Origin: Eledone cirrhosa
Taxonomy: Eukaryota
DNA length: 64,000 nt
Direction of reading: 5' to 3'
Assembly (NCBI GenBank): GCA_964016885.1
Contig: OZ024742.1
Span: forward strand, 235,848,001-235,912,000
The notes under the pieces were generated by a model, which worked only from the letters and a program-made list of their open reading frames with translations, made no database searches and was not told the origin of the DNA. Below are positions 1-14,400 of this stretch, one piece after another. The position numbers and the translations under genes are program-made. The stretch's first letter is position 1, and each line of letters starts with the position of its first letter.

Positions 1-287
1 AAACTAGATGATTCTTACAGAAATGTCTAGCTCGTTCGCCAGACAAAGTAATTATGTAACTCTGTACAATACATAGAGCACTCTTCTTTCCTTTACTTTT
101 TCTACGGAAATACTTAACACACACACATACACACACACATATATATATATATATATGCAAAAGTTCTATTTAAAATTGTTGGGATACAACAAGTAAATAT
201 TTTTATAACTGATATAAAGCACTCGACAAGTATTTGGAGTAGATATACGATATTAATAAATGGAAACTATATTTATAAAACCATATT

Positions 288-352
288 TATTTCATTATAC
301 ATATTTCAGGGATACCAAATTAAATTATGGTATGCCTTCATCAGACAAAATA
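288..352 (-). ncRNA. Type I hammerhead ribozyme (mirror copy in left arm)
   Basis: Exact reverse complement of 493-557 (TCATCAG at 338-344). Confidence 0.75.
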
Positions 353-492
353 CAATATATAACAGTTTTACAAATAAGCTTTGACGTACCCTATTAAAAT
401 GCAACCATTGTTTTTGGAATAATGACTTCCAAAACAATTGTTGCATTTTAATAGGGTACGTCAAAGCTTATTTGTAAAACTGTTATATATTG

Positions 493-557
493 TATTTTGT
501 CTGATGAAGGCATACCATAATTTAATTTGGTATCCCTGAAATATGTATAATGAAATA
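493..557 (+). ncRNA. Type I hammerhead ribozyme (minimal stem III)
   Basis: TATTTTGT-CTGATGA(501-507)-stem II AGG.ATACCA/TGGTAT.CCT-GAAA(538-541)-TATGTA-TA-ATGAAATA. Stem I closes with 2 G-U pairs. Confidence 0.75.
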
Positions 558-596
558 AATATGGTTTTATAAATATAGTTTCCATTTATTAATATC

Positions 597-1028
<432 letters not shown>

Positions 1029-1030
<2 letters not shown>

Positions 1031-1500
1031 TCATCATCATCATCATCGTTTAACGTCCATCTTCCACGCTAGCATGGGTTTGGACGGTAATTTTCCCACT
1101 TGAGGCAAGATTGGTTGTCTTGCTCGTATAGGACTGTCTGGCGGGTTTTCTACGGGTGGATGCCCTTCCTAACACCAACCACGTTTACAGTGTGGACTGG
1201 GAGGTTTTTACCGTGTTACCTACACGGCCACATTACAGCGTGGACTGTGTTTTTTTTTGTCGTGACACCTACACGACCTCATTTGTTTCGGACTGGTTGT
1301 TGTGGTACCAACATAACTTTACATAGGAAGGGGTGGTGTGGATGGGGTGGGGGTAGTGGGACGGGGATGTATTTTTGTTAGAGGTGCCTACTGACTGTAG
1401 GTTTCGCTTTGTACTTAGGCAAGGCGGGTCTTCTGTATTACTGTGTATCGCCAAAGATCTCCGTCCAGTGACATTGTCTTGGAGAGGTGTAAGTGTGTGA
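1029..1500 (-). mobile_element. RTE-associated SINE-like retroposon with (ATG)n tail
   Basis: (CAT)n then CGTTTAACGTCC..CCACGCTAGCATGGGTT..GGATGCCCTTCCTAACACCAACC. Homologous to 38148-38521. It resembles an abundant octopus repeat (recalled, not searched). Confidence 0.75.
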
Positions 1501-1574
1501 GGTCGGAATTTATGTATATATATATATATGTTAGTTTAACGAGGTTTTTTATATGAAATCGTGTGTCGAAACAA

Positions 1575-1941
1575 ATATTGTTATACTTGGGGAGGGTCAT
1601 ATTTGTGTAATATTGCCAGACTGAATAAAAAAAAAAAAATTAAAAAAAATGGCGTAGACATACAACACAACAGGAGGAAAATATAACACCACTGACGATG
1701 TTGCAGATGTGCAACGAAAGATTTATGTAAATTATGTAAACTATATATATGTGTTTGTGTCTATATTGTATCTGTATTATTTTTGACCGTCGGTCAGTCA
1801 ATGGCAACATTGAGGACCGAGTAAGCTAGAGTACAGATATAAAAGACAGCGAGAAGCGAAAACCAACCAAACAGTGAGTGTGTTCTGTTATTAATTCTGG
1901 CAATATTACACAAATATGACCATCCCCAAGTATAACAATAT
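1575..1941. mobile_element. Element bounded by 46-bp inverted repeats, with internal decayed hammerhead cores
   Basis: 1575-1620 pairs with 1896-1941 (1 mismatch). CTGACGA-T-GTTGC/GCAAC-GAAA at 1692-1719. GAAA-CAA.ATA.TTG-TT overlaps the left repeat start. Confidence 0.6.
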
Positions 1942-1968
1942 ATATATGTTTGTATATATATATATATA

Positions 1969-2050
1969 TATTTATTAAAATAACAGATTAAAGTTTAAGC
2001 AAAGAATCGAGCCATCCTTGGATTTTAGTCTTCACATTTATTATTATTAC
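1969..2050 (+). mobile_element. Internally deleted copy of the 49953-50191 fold-back element
   Basis: Left end (TTTATTAAAATAACAGATTAAAGTTTAAGCAAAGAATCG) is fused to the right end (TTGGATTTTAGTCTTCACATTTATTATTATTAC) at an ATCG microhomology. Confidence 0.8.
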
Positions 2051-2134
2051 TATATATGCATATATGTGTGTGTGTGTGTGTGTGTGTGTAAGTTTAGAAG
2101 AAATACTTTCGAGTCGGAAAATTCTGAAAATCAA

Positions 2135-2305
2135 ATATTAGACGATACAATCGGAATAAACAATTTCCGATCTTCAGCCATTTTTTCTATCGTGAATATT
2201 GAAAACTCGAATTTCCTTTGGTATCTATGATATCTTTGGATATTCACAGTCAGGACGGATGGCTGAAGATCGGAAATTGTTTGCTCAGTCTGTATCGTCT
2301 AATAT
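2135..2305. repeat. Imperfect inverted repeat (47-bp arms), MITE/fold-back-like
   Basis: 2135-2181 pairs with 2259-2305. There is an inner GTGAATAT/ATATTCAC pair, and it ends in (TA)n. Confidence 0.6.
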
Positions 2306-2334
2306 ATATATATATGCGGAAGCAGGAGCTGCGT

Positions 2335-2376
2335 GGCTCTGATGATCGCCAAACAGCGTGAAACAGGCTGTTAGCT
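2335..2376 (+). ncRNA. Minimal type I hammerhead ribozyme
   Basis: GGCT-CTGATGA(2339-45)-TCGC.CAAACA.GCGT-GAAA(2360-63)-CAG.G.CTG-TT-AGCT. Confidence 0.7.
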
Positions 2377-2590
2377 TCTCTCCCTTCTTTCGCCGAAAAG
2401 AAGTAAGTGACATAGTCACTACTTTAAAACCGATAGCGTATGGTCTTCAAAATGTTTTTAATTAAACATACGGTATATTGCCAAATATACTATACATACA
2501 TTCATGTATACATCGCTATTTCAGAGCATCAATCCTAATATATATGTTTATCCCAGGTTTAATCGGAGGTAACCACATAGCAGAGTATAA

Positions 2591-2699
2591 ATATTTAATA
2601 TAGAAATAGGTTCGACAGGACTAGAACTGTTTCATTCAGGCTTCCTGATAATTTCTCCCGAATGAAACAGTTCTAGTCCCGTAGAAGCCATTTCTATAT

Positions 2700-2706
<7 letters not shown>
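2591..2706. mobile_element. Fold-back element (47-bp arms) with decayed hammerhead at 2639-2689
   Basis: 2591-2637 pairs with 2660-2706. Plus strand: GGCTTC-CTGATAA-TTTC.TCCC.GAAT-GAAA-CAG...CCG-TA-GAAGCC. The minus arm retains a CAG/CTG stem III and GTC triplet but lacks the 5' core. Confidence 0.65.
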
Positions 2707-2766
<60 letters not shown>

Positions 2767-2837
2767 CCAAATGTCAATGCCAAGACGGGAATTGATCCAC
2801 CAAGACAGTTGAGGTATGTCATACATCTATTCATGTA

Positions 2838-2901
2838 TTTTATCTGACGAGGACATACTGAAAACAGCACAGTACCTCCGAAATATACGTATATAATAAA
2901 A
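2838..2901 (+). ncRNA. Type I hammerhead ribozyme with palindromic stem III
   Basis: TTTTAT-CTGACGA(2844-50)-GGA..TACTG/CAGTA..TCC-GAAA(2880-83)-TATACGTATA-TA-ATAAAA. The 3' flank ends CATTTATTAATAT, as in the 243-602 family. Confidence 0.8.
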
Positions 2902-3005
2902 CATATTTTGATTATGTGAACGTCTTCATTTATTAATATTTTGAATTAATATATATATATATATATATGTGTGTGTGTATGTATGTATGTATGTGTGTGT
3001 GTGCG

Positions 3006-3366
3006 CAGTGAAATTCCGTTATAACGAAATTCACAGGATATAAAAAAATTTGTTGTAACGAAAAATTCTTAATAACTGTTTCTACTTTTGGCACAAGGCC
3101 AGCAATTACCCCAGTGCATTACTGGTACTTTATTTTATCGACCCCGTAAGGATGAAAGACAAAGTTAACCTCGGCGGGATTTGAACTCAGACCGTAAAGG
3201 GCTGTAACTCTATGCGTCAAAGCATGGCGTCCGACTCTACCGATACTGTCAATTCTTAATAACGAGATCGACGTAACACATCGAGCTTGTGGCCGGGGAT
3301 TGAAAACAAATTCGTTATACTGAAAAATTATTTTATAATTGTATTCGTTATAACGGAATTTTACCT
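3006..3366. mobile_element. Tc1/mariner-pogo (Tigger-like) MITE interrupted by a SINE
   Basis: TIRs CAGTGAAATTCCGTTATAACGAA (3006-3028) and TTCGTTATAACGGAATTTTACCT (3344-3366). Confidence 0.7.
3077..3250 (-). mobile_element. tRNA-derived SINE with 13-bp target-site duplication
   Basis: TSD AATTCTTAATAAC at 3064-3076 and 3251-3263. B-box-like GAGTTCAAATCCC on minus. Body ACTGGTACTTTATTTTATCGACCCC..GGATGAAAG is typical of cephalopod SINEs. Confidence 0.85.
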
Positions 3367-3383
3367 ATAAATATATGTGTGTG

Positions 3384-3420
<37 letters not shown>

Positions 3421-3636
3421 GCGTGTGTGTGTGCGTGCGCGTATGTGTGTGTGTTTATGTGTGTGGTATGTAAATATATACACACAATATATGAAACAAA
3501 TGGTAATACAAAATTAATTTTTAGTAGTTGTTGCTGCAGCAGTTAATGTTTGTCAATGTTATTGTAAAGTTGTTGTTGTTAATATTGTTGTTAGTAGAGT
3601 TGTGTGTGACGGTGTTATTAATGATGGGGTTCCCAC

Positions 3637-3690
3637 CAAAATGTTTTAGCCTCATTAACGGTGCTGCCCAGGTGATGACAGCTGCTGCCA
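3637..3690 (-). CDS. Candidate 54-nt internal exon (xAAAVITWAAPLMRLKHF)
   Basis: TATTTCAG acceptor, GTGGGA donor, open frame, within one of the few non-repetitive islands. No homology identified. Confidence 0.3.
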
Positions 3691-4214
3691 CTGAAATATA
3701 TTCGTCTCAGACACACAGTTTGTCGACAATCGGAACTGGAATTTACTTCCCGCAGATAAAATACCAACTACTACACCACAATACCACCACACTACCATCG
3801 ACACGACATTACTACCCACCACAGCACTACACATCCACACCACCACCATCATCCCTACATTAATACTTCACCACACCACCATCACCACCACCACCACCAC
3901 CACCATCATCCCTACATTACTACTCCACCACCACCTCCACCACCCTCACCACCATCATCCCTACATTACTACGCCACCACCAACTCCACCACCCTCACCA
4001 CCACCACCATCATCCCTACATTACTACTCCACCACCACCTCCACCACCATCACCACCACCACTGCCACCATCCCTACTTTACTACTCCACCACCACACCA
4101 CCACCACCACCACCACCACCTCCATCACCACCACCACCACCACCATCCCTACATTATTACTCCACAACACCACCACCACCACCACCAACATCACCCTACA
4201 TTACTACTCCACTA

Positions 4215-5410
4215 CAAAACCACCTCACAACACCACAACACCACCTCACCACCACAAAACCACAACACAACAACACCACCACAAGACCACAACACAACCA
4301 CAAGACCATCACAACGCCACAACGCCACAACACTAGAATACTACAACACCACAACACAACAACACCACAACGCCACAACGATAGAATACTACAACACCAC
4401 AACACAACAACACCACAACGCCACAACACTAGAATACTACAACACCACAACACCACAAAACCACAACACCACAACACCACAACACCACAACACTACAACA
4501 CCACAATACCACAACACCACAACACCACAACAATACAATACCACACCACCACAACACCACAACACCACAACACCACAACACCATAACACCACAACACTAC
4601 AACACCACCACACCACAACACCACAGCACCACAACACTACAACACCACAACATCACAACACCACAACACCACAACACCACAACAGCACAACACTACAACA
4701 CTACAACACTACAACACCACAACACCACAGCACAACAACACCACAACACCACAGCACCACAACACCACAACACCACAAAACCACAACACCAAAAAACAAC
4801 AACACCACAAGACCACAAAATCACAACATTACAACACCACCACAACACCACAACACCACAACACCACAACACTACAACACTACAACACCACAACACCACA
4901 ACACCACAACACGACAACACGACAACACCACAAAACTACAATGCCACAACACCACAACACCACAAAACTACAATGCCACAACACCACAACACCACCACAC
5001 GACAACACCACAACAATACAATACCACAACACCACAACACCACAACAGCACAGCACCATAACACCACAAAACCACAACACCACCACACTACAACACCACA
5101 ACACTACAACACCACAACACCACAACAACACAACACCACCACACCACTACAATACAACACCACAACACCACAACACCACCACACTACAACACCACAACAC
5201 TACAACACCACGACACCACAACAACACAACACCACCACACCACTACAATACAACACCACAACACCACAACACCACCACACTACAACACCACAACACCACC
5301 ACACTACAACACCACAACACTACAACACCACGACACCACAACAACACAACACCAACACACCACTACAATACAACACCACCACACCACAACACCACCACAC
5401 CACAACGCCA
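4215..5410. repeat. (ACACCACA)n 8-mer flanking domain of the satellite
   Basis: ACACCACA repeats with ACACTACA variants. Confidence 0.9.
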
Positions 5411-8400
5411 CAATACTACCACACTACCATCAACACTACATTACTACTCCACCACACCACATCACCACTAACAAAAACACTACATTACTACTCCACGACA
5501 CCACCACACCACCATTACCAAGAACACTACATTACTATTCCACCACACCACACCACACTACCACTACCAAGAACACTACATTACTACTCCACCACACCAC
5601 ACCACACCACCACTACCATGAAGACTACATTACTACTCTACCACACCACCACACCACACCACCACTACCATCAACACTACATTACTACTCAACCACACCA
5701 CCACACCACCACTACCATCAACACTACATTACTACTCCACCACACCACCACACCACCACACCAACACTACCATCAACACTACATTACTACTCCACCACAC
5801 CAGCACACCACACCACCACTACCATGAACACTACATTACCACACCACCACACCACTACCATCAACACTACATTATTACTCCACCACACCACCACTACCAT
5901 CAACACTACATTACTACTCCACCACACCACCACACCACACCACCACTACCATCAACACTACATTACTACTCCACCACCACACCACACCACCACTACCATC
6001 AACACTACATTACTACTCCACCACACCACCACACCACACCACCACTACCAAGAACACTACATTACTATTCCACCACACCACCACACCACACCACCACTAC
6101 CATCAACACTACATTACTACTCCACCACACCACCACACCACCACTACCATCAACACTACATTACTACTCCACCACACCACCACACCACACCACCACTACC
6201 ATCAACACTACATTACTACTCCACCACACCACCACACCACACCACCACTACCATCAACACTACATTACTACTCCAGCACACCACCACACCACACCACCAC
6301 TACCATCAACACTACATTACTACTCAACCACACCACCACACCACCACTACCATGAACACTACATTACTACTCCACCACACCACCACACCACACCACCACT
6401 ACCATCAACACTACATTACTACTCCACCACACCACCACACCACACCACCACTACCATCAACACTACATTACTACTCCACCACACCACCACACCACACCAC
6501 CACTACCATCAACACTACATTACTACTCCACCACACCACCACACCACACCACCACTACCAAGAACACTACATTACTACTCCACCACACCATCACACCACA
6601 CCACCACTACCATCAACACTACATTACTACTCCACCACACCACCACACCACCACTACCATCAACACTACATTACTACTCCACCACACCACCACATCACAC
6701 CACACCACCACTACCATCAACACTACATTACTACTCCACCACACCACCACACCACACCACCACTACCACAAACACTACATTACAACTCCACCACACCACC
6801 ACACCACCACACTACCACTACCATGAACACTACATTACTACTCCACCACACCACCACACCACCACTACCAAGAACACTACATTAATACTCCACCACACCC
6901 CACACCACACCACCACTACCATCAACACTACATTACTACTCCACCACACCACCACACCACACCACCACTACCAAGAACACTACATTACTACTCCACCACA
7001 CCCCCACACCACACCACCACTACCATCAACACTACATTACTACTCCACCACACCACCACACCACACCACCACTACCATCAACACTACATTACTACTCCAC
7101 CACACCACCACACCACACCACCACTACCATCCACACTACATTACTACTCCACCACACCACCACACCACACCACCACTACCATCAACACTACATTACTACT
7201 CCACCACACCACCACACCACACCACCACTACCATCAACACTACATTACTACTCCACCACACCACCACACGACCACACCACCACTACCACAAACACTACAT
7301 TACTACTCCACCACACCACCACACGACCACACCACCACTACCATCAACACTACATTACTACTCCACCACACCACACCACCACACCACCACTACCACAAAC
7401 ACTACATTACTACTCCACGACACCAACACACCACACCACCACTACCATCAACACTACATTACTACTCCACCACACCACCACACCACACCACCACTACCAC
7501 AAACATTACATTACTACTCCACCCCACCACCACACCACACCACCACTACCATCAACACTACATTACTACTCCACCACACCACCACACCACACTACCACTA
7601 CCACGAACACTACATTACTACTCCACCACACCACACCACCACACCACCACTACCACAAACACTACATTACTACTCCACCACACCAACACACCACACCACC
7701 ACTACCATCAACACTACATTACTACTCCACCACACCACCACACCACACCACCACTACCACAAACATTACATTACTACTCCACCCCACCACCACACCACAC
7801 CACCACTACCATCAACACTACATTACTACTCCACCACACCACCACACCACACTACCACTACCACGAACACTACATTACTACTCCACCACACCACCACACC
7901 ACACCACCACTACCACAAACACTACATTACTACTCCACCACACCACCACACTACCACTACCATCAACACTACATTACTATTCCACCACTCCACAACACCA
8001 CACCACCACTACCATCAACACTACATTACTACTCCACCACACCACCACACCACACCACACCACCACTACCATCAACACTACATTACTACTCCACCACACC
8101 ACCACACCACACCACCACTAACATCAACACTACATTACTACTCCACCACACCACCACACGACCACTCCACCACACCACACGACACCACACCACCACTACC
8201 ATCAACACTACATTACTACTCCACCACACCACCACACCACACCACACCACCACTACCACAAACATTACATTACTACTCCACCCCACCACTACCATCAACA
8301 CTACATTACTACTCCACCACACCACCACACCACACCACCACTAACATCAACACTACATTACTACTCCACCACACCACACGACACCACACCACCACTACCA

Positions 8401-11400
8401 TCAACACTACATTACTACTCCACCACACCACCACACCACACCACCACTACCACAAACATTACATTACTACTCCACCCCACCACTACCATCAACACTACAT
8501 TACTACTCCACCACACCACCACACCACACCACCACTATCATCAACACTACATTACTACTCCACCACACCACCACACCACACCACCACTAACATCAACACT
8601 ACATTACTACTCCACCACACCACACGACACCACACCACCACTACCATCAACACTACATTACTACTCCACCACACCACCACACCACACCACACCACCACTA
8701 CCACAAACATTACATTACTACTCCACCCCACCACTACCATCAACACTACATTACTACTCCACCACACCACCACACCACACCACCACTATCATCAACACTA
8801 CATTACTACTCCACCACACCACCACACCACACCACCACTAACATCAACACTACATTACTACTCCACCACACCACACGACACCACACCACCACTACCATCA
8901 ACACTACATTACTACTCCACCACACCACCACACCACACCACCACTACCATCAACACTACATTACTACTCCACCACACCACCACACCACACCACCACTACC
9001 ATCAACACTACTTTACTACTCCATCACACCACCACACCACACCACCACTACCATCAACACTACTTTACTACTCCACCACACCACCACACCACACCACCAC
9101 TACCATGAACACTACATTACTACTCCACCACACCACCACACCACACCACCACTACCATCAACACTACATTACTACTCCACCACACCACCACACCACACCA
9201 CACCACCACTACCACAAACATTACATTACTACTCCACCCCACCACTACCATCAACACTACATTACTACTCCACCACACCACACCACAACACCACCACTAC
9301 CATCAACACTACATTACTACTCCACCACACCACACCACAACACCACCACTACCATGAACACTACATTACTACTCCACCACACCACCACACCACACCACCA
9401 CTACCACAAACATTACATTACTACTCCACCCCACCACTACCATCAACACTACATTACTACTCCACCACACCACCACACCACACCACCACTATCATCAACA
9501 CTACATTACTACTCCACCACACCACACGACACCACACCACCACTACCATCAACACTACAGTACTACTCCACCACACCACCACACCACACCACACCACCAC
9601 ACCACACCACCACTACCATCAACACTACATTACTACTCCACCACACCACCACACCACACCACCACTAACATCAAAACTACATTACTACTCCACCACACCA
9701 CCACACCACACCACCACTACCATCAACACTACATTACTACTCCACCACACCACCACACCACACCACCACTACCATCAACACTACATTACTACTCCACCAC
9801 ACCACCACACCACACCACCACTACCATCAACACTACTTTACTACTCCACCACACCACCACACCACACCACCACTACCATCAACACTACATTACTACTCCA
9901 CCACACCACCACACCACACCACCACTACCATCAACACTACTTTACTACTCCACCACACCACCACACCACACCACCACTACCATCAACACTACATTACTAC
10001 TCCACCGCACCACCACACCACACCACCACTACCATCAACACTACTTTACTACTCCACCACACCACCACACCACACCACCACTACCATGAACACTACATTA
10101 CTACTCCACCACACCACCACACCACACCACCACTACCATCAACACTACATTACTACTCCACCACACCACCACACCACACCACCACTACCATCAACACTAC
10201 TTTACTACTCCATCACACCACCACACCACACCACCACTACCAAGAACACTACGTTACTACTCCACCACACCACCATACCACACCACCACTACCATCAACA
10301 CTACATTACTACTCCACCACACCACCACACAACACCACCACTACCATGAACACTACATTACTACTCAACCACACCACCATACCACACCACCACTACCATC
10401 AACACTACATTACTACTCCACCATACCACCACACCACACTACCACTACCATCAACACTACATTACTACTCCACCACACCACCACACAACACCACCACTAC
10501 CATGAACACTACATTACTACTCTACCACACCACCACACCACACCACCACTACCATCAACACTACATTACTACTCCACCACACCACCACACCACACCACCA
10601 CTACCATCAACACTACATTACTACTCCACCACACACCACACCACACCACCACTACCAAGAACACTACATTACTACTCCACCAAACCACACCACACCACCA
10701 CTACCATGAACACTACATTACTACTCAACCACACCACCATACCACACCACCACTACCATCAACACTACATTACTACTCCACCACACCACCACACAACACC
10801 ACCACTACCATGAACACTACATTACTACTCAACCACACCACCATACCACACCACCACTACCATCAACACTACATTACTACTCCACCATACCACCACACCA
10901 CACTACCACTACCATCAACACTACATTACTACTCCACCAAACCACACCACACCACCACTACCATGAACACTACATTACTACTCCACCACACCACCACACC
11001 ACCACTACCATGAACACTACATTACTACTCCACCACACCACCACACCACCACTACCATGAACACTACATTACTACTCCACCACACCACAACACCACCACT
11101 ACCATCAACACTACATTACTACTCCACCACACCACAACACCACCACTACCATCAACACTACATTACTACTCCACCATACCACCACACCACACTACCACTA
11201 CCATCAACACTACATTACTACTCCACCAAACCACACCACACCACCACTACCATGAACACTACATTACTACTCCACCACACCACCACACCACCACTACCAT
11301 GAACACTACATTACTACTCCACCACACCACCACACCACCACTACCATGAACACTACATTACTACTCCACCACACCACAACACCACCACTACCATCAACAC

Positions 11401-14400
11401 TACATTACTACTCCACCACACCACCACACCACACCACCACTACCATCAACACTACATTACTACTCCACCACACCCCCACACCACCACTACCACCAACACT
11501 ACATTACTACTCCACCACACCACCACACCACACCACCACTACCATCAACACTACATTACTACTCCACCACACCACCACACCACACCACCACTACCATCAA
11601 CACTACATTACTACTCCAGCACACCACCACACCACACCACCACTAACATCAACACTACATTACCACTCCACCACACCACACGACACCACACCACCACAAC
11701 CATCAACACTACATTACTACTCCACCACACCACCACACCACACCACCACTACCATCAACACTACATTACTACTCCACCACACCACCACTACCATCAACAC
11801 TACCATCAACACTACATTACTACTCCACCACACCACACCACCACACCACCACTACCATCAACACTACATTACTACTCCACCACACCACACCACCACACCA
11901 CCACTACCACGAACACTACATTACTACTCCACCACACCACCACACCACACCACACCACCACTACCATCAACACTACATTACTACTCCACCACACCACCAC
12001 ACCACCACTACCATCAACACTACATTACTACTCCACCACACCACCACTACCATCAACAATACATTTCTACTCCACCACACCACCACACCACACCACCACT
12101 ACCATCAACACTACATTACTACTCCACCGCACCACCACACCACACCACCACTACCATCAACACTACATTACTACTCCACCACACCACCACACCACACCAC
12201 CACTACCAAGAACACTACATTACTACTCCACCACACCACCACACCACACCACCACTACCATGAACACTACATTACTACTCCACCACAACACCACACCACA
12301 CTACCACTACCATCAACACTACATTACTACACCACCACACCACCACACCACCACTATCATCAACACTACATTACTACTCCACCACACCACAACACCACAC
12401 CACCACTACCATCAACACTACATTACTACTCCACCACACCACCACACCACACCACCACTACCATCAACACTACATTACTACTCAACCACACCACCACACC
12501 ACACCACCACTACCATCAACACTACATTACTACTCCACCACACCACAACACCACACCACCACTACCATCAACACTACATTACTACTCCACCACACCACCA
12601 CACCACACCACCACTACCATCAACACTACATTACTACTCCACCACACCACCACACCACACCACCACTACCATCAACACTACATTACTACTCCACCACACC
12701 ACAACACCACACCACCACTACCATCAACACTACATTACTACTCCACCACACCACCACACCACACCACCACTACCATCAACACTACATTACTACTTCACCA
12801 CACCACCACACCACACCACCACTACCATCAACACTACATTACTACTCAACCACACCACCACACCACACCACCACTACCATGAACACTACATTACTACTCC
12901 ACCACACCACACCACACCATACCACCACACCACACTACCACTACCATCAACACTACATTACTACTCCACCACACCACCACACCACACCACCACTACCATC
13001 CACACTACATTACTACTCCACCACACCACCACACCACACCACCACTACCATCAACACTACATTACTACTCCACCACACCACCACACCACACCACCACAAC
13101 ACTACATTACTACTCCACCACACCACCACACCACACCACCACTACCATGAACACTACATTACTACTCCACCACTCCACCACACCACACCACCACAAGCAT
13201 CAACACTACATTACTACTCCACCACACCACCACACCACACCACCACTACCATCAACACTACATTACTATTCCACCACTCCACAACACCACACCACCACTA
13301 CCATCAACACTACATTACTACTCCACCACACCACCACACCACCACACCACACCACCACTACCATCAACACTACATTACTGCTCCAGCACACCACACCACC
13401 ACACCACCACTACCATCAACACTACATTACTACTCCAGCACACCAGCACACCACACCACCACTACCATCAACACTACATTACTACTCCACCACACCATCA
13501 CTACCATCAACACTACCATCAACACTACATTACTACTCCACCACACCACACCACCACACCACCACTACCATCAACACTACATTACTACTCCACCACACCA
13601 CCACTACCATCAACAATACATTACTACTCCACCACACCACCACACCACACCACCACTACCATCAACACTACATTACTACTCCACCGCACCACCACACCAC
13701 ACCACCACTACCAAGAACACTACATTACTACTCCACCACACCACCACACCACACCACCACTACCACGAACACTGCATTACTACTCCACCACACCACCACA
13801 CCACACCACCACTACCATGAACACTACATTACTACTCCACCACAACACCACACCACACTACCTCTACCATCAACACTACATTACTACACCACCACACCAC
13901 CACACCACCACTATCATCAACACTACATTACTACTCCACCACACCACAACACCACACCACCACTACCACGAACACTACATTACTACTCCACAACACCACC
14001 ACACCACACCACCACTACCATCAACACTACATTACTACTCCACCACACCACCACACCACACCACCGCTACCATCAACACTACATTACTACTCAACCACAC
14101 CACCACACCACACCACCACTACCATCAACACTACATTACTACTCCACCACACCACACCACACCACACCACACCACCACACCACACTACCACTACCATCAA
14201 CACTACATTACTACTCCACCACACCACCACACCACACCACCACTACCATCAACACTACATTACTACTCCACCACACCACCACACCACACCACCACTACCA
14301 TCAACACTACATTACTACTCCACCACACCACCACACCACACCACCACTACCATCAACACTACATTACTACTCCACCACACCACCACACCACACCACCACT

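Noticed and set aside
21-47. Plus-strand micro-exon (TTACAG...GTAATT)
   Set aside because: Only 27 nt at the window edge, with no partner exon or homology.
501-507. CTGATGA as a snoRNA C/D box
   Set aside because: Followed by a hairpin, GAAA, UH and a closing stem I, which is hammerhead topology rather than C/D.
2263-2292. CTGAAGA-TCG-GAAA hammerhead
   Set aside because: No stem II and no convincing stem I.
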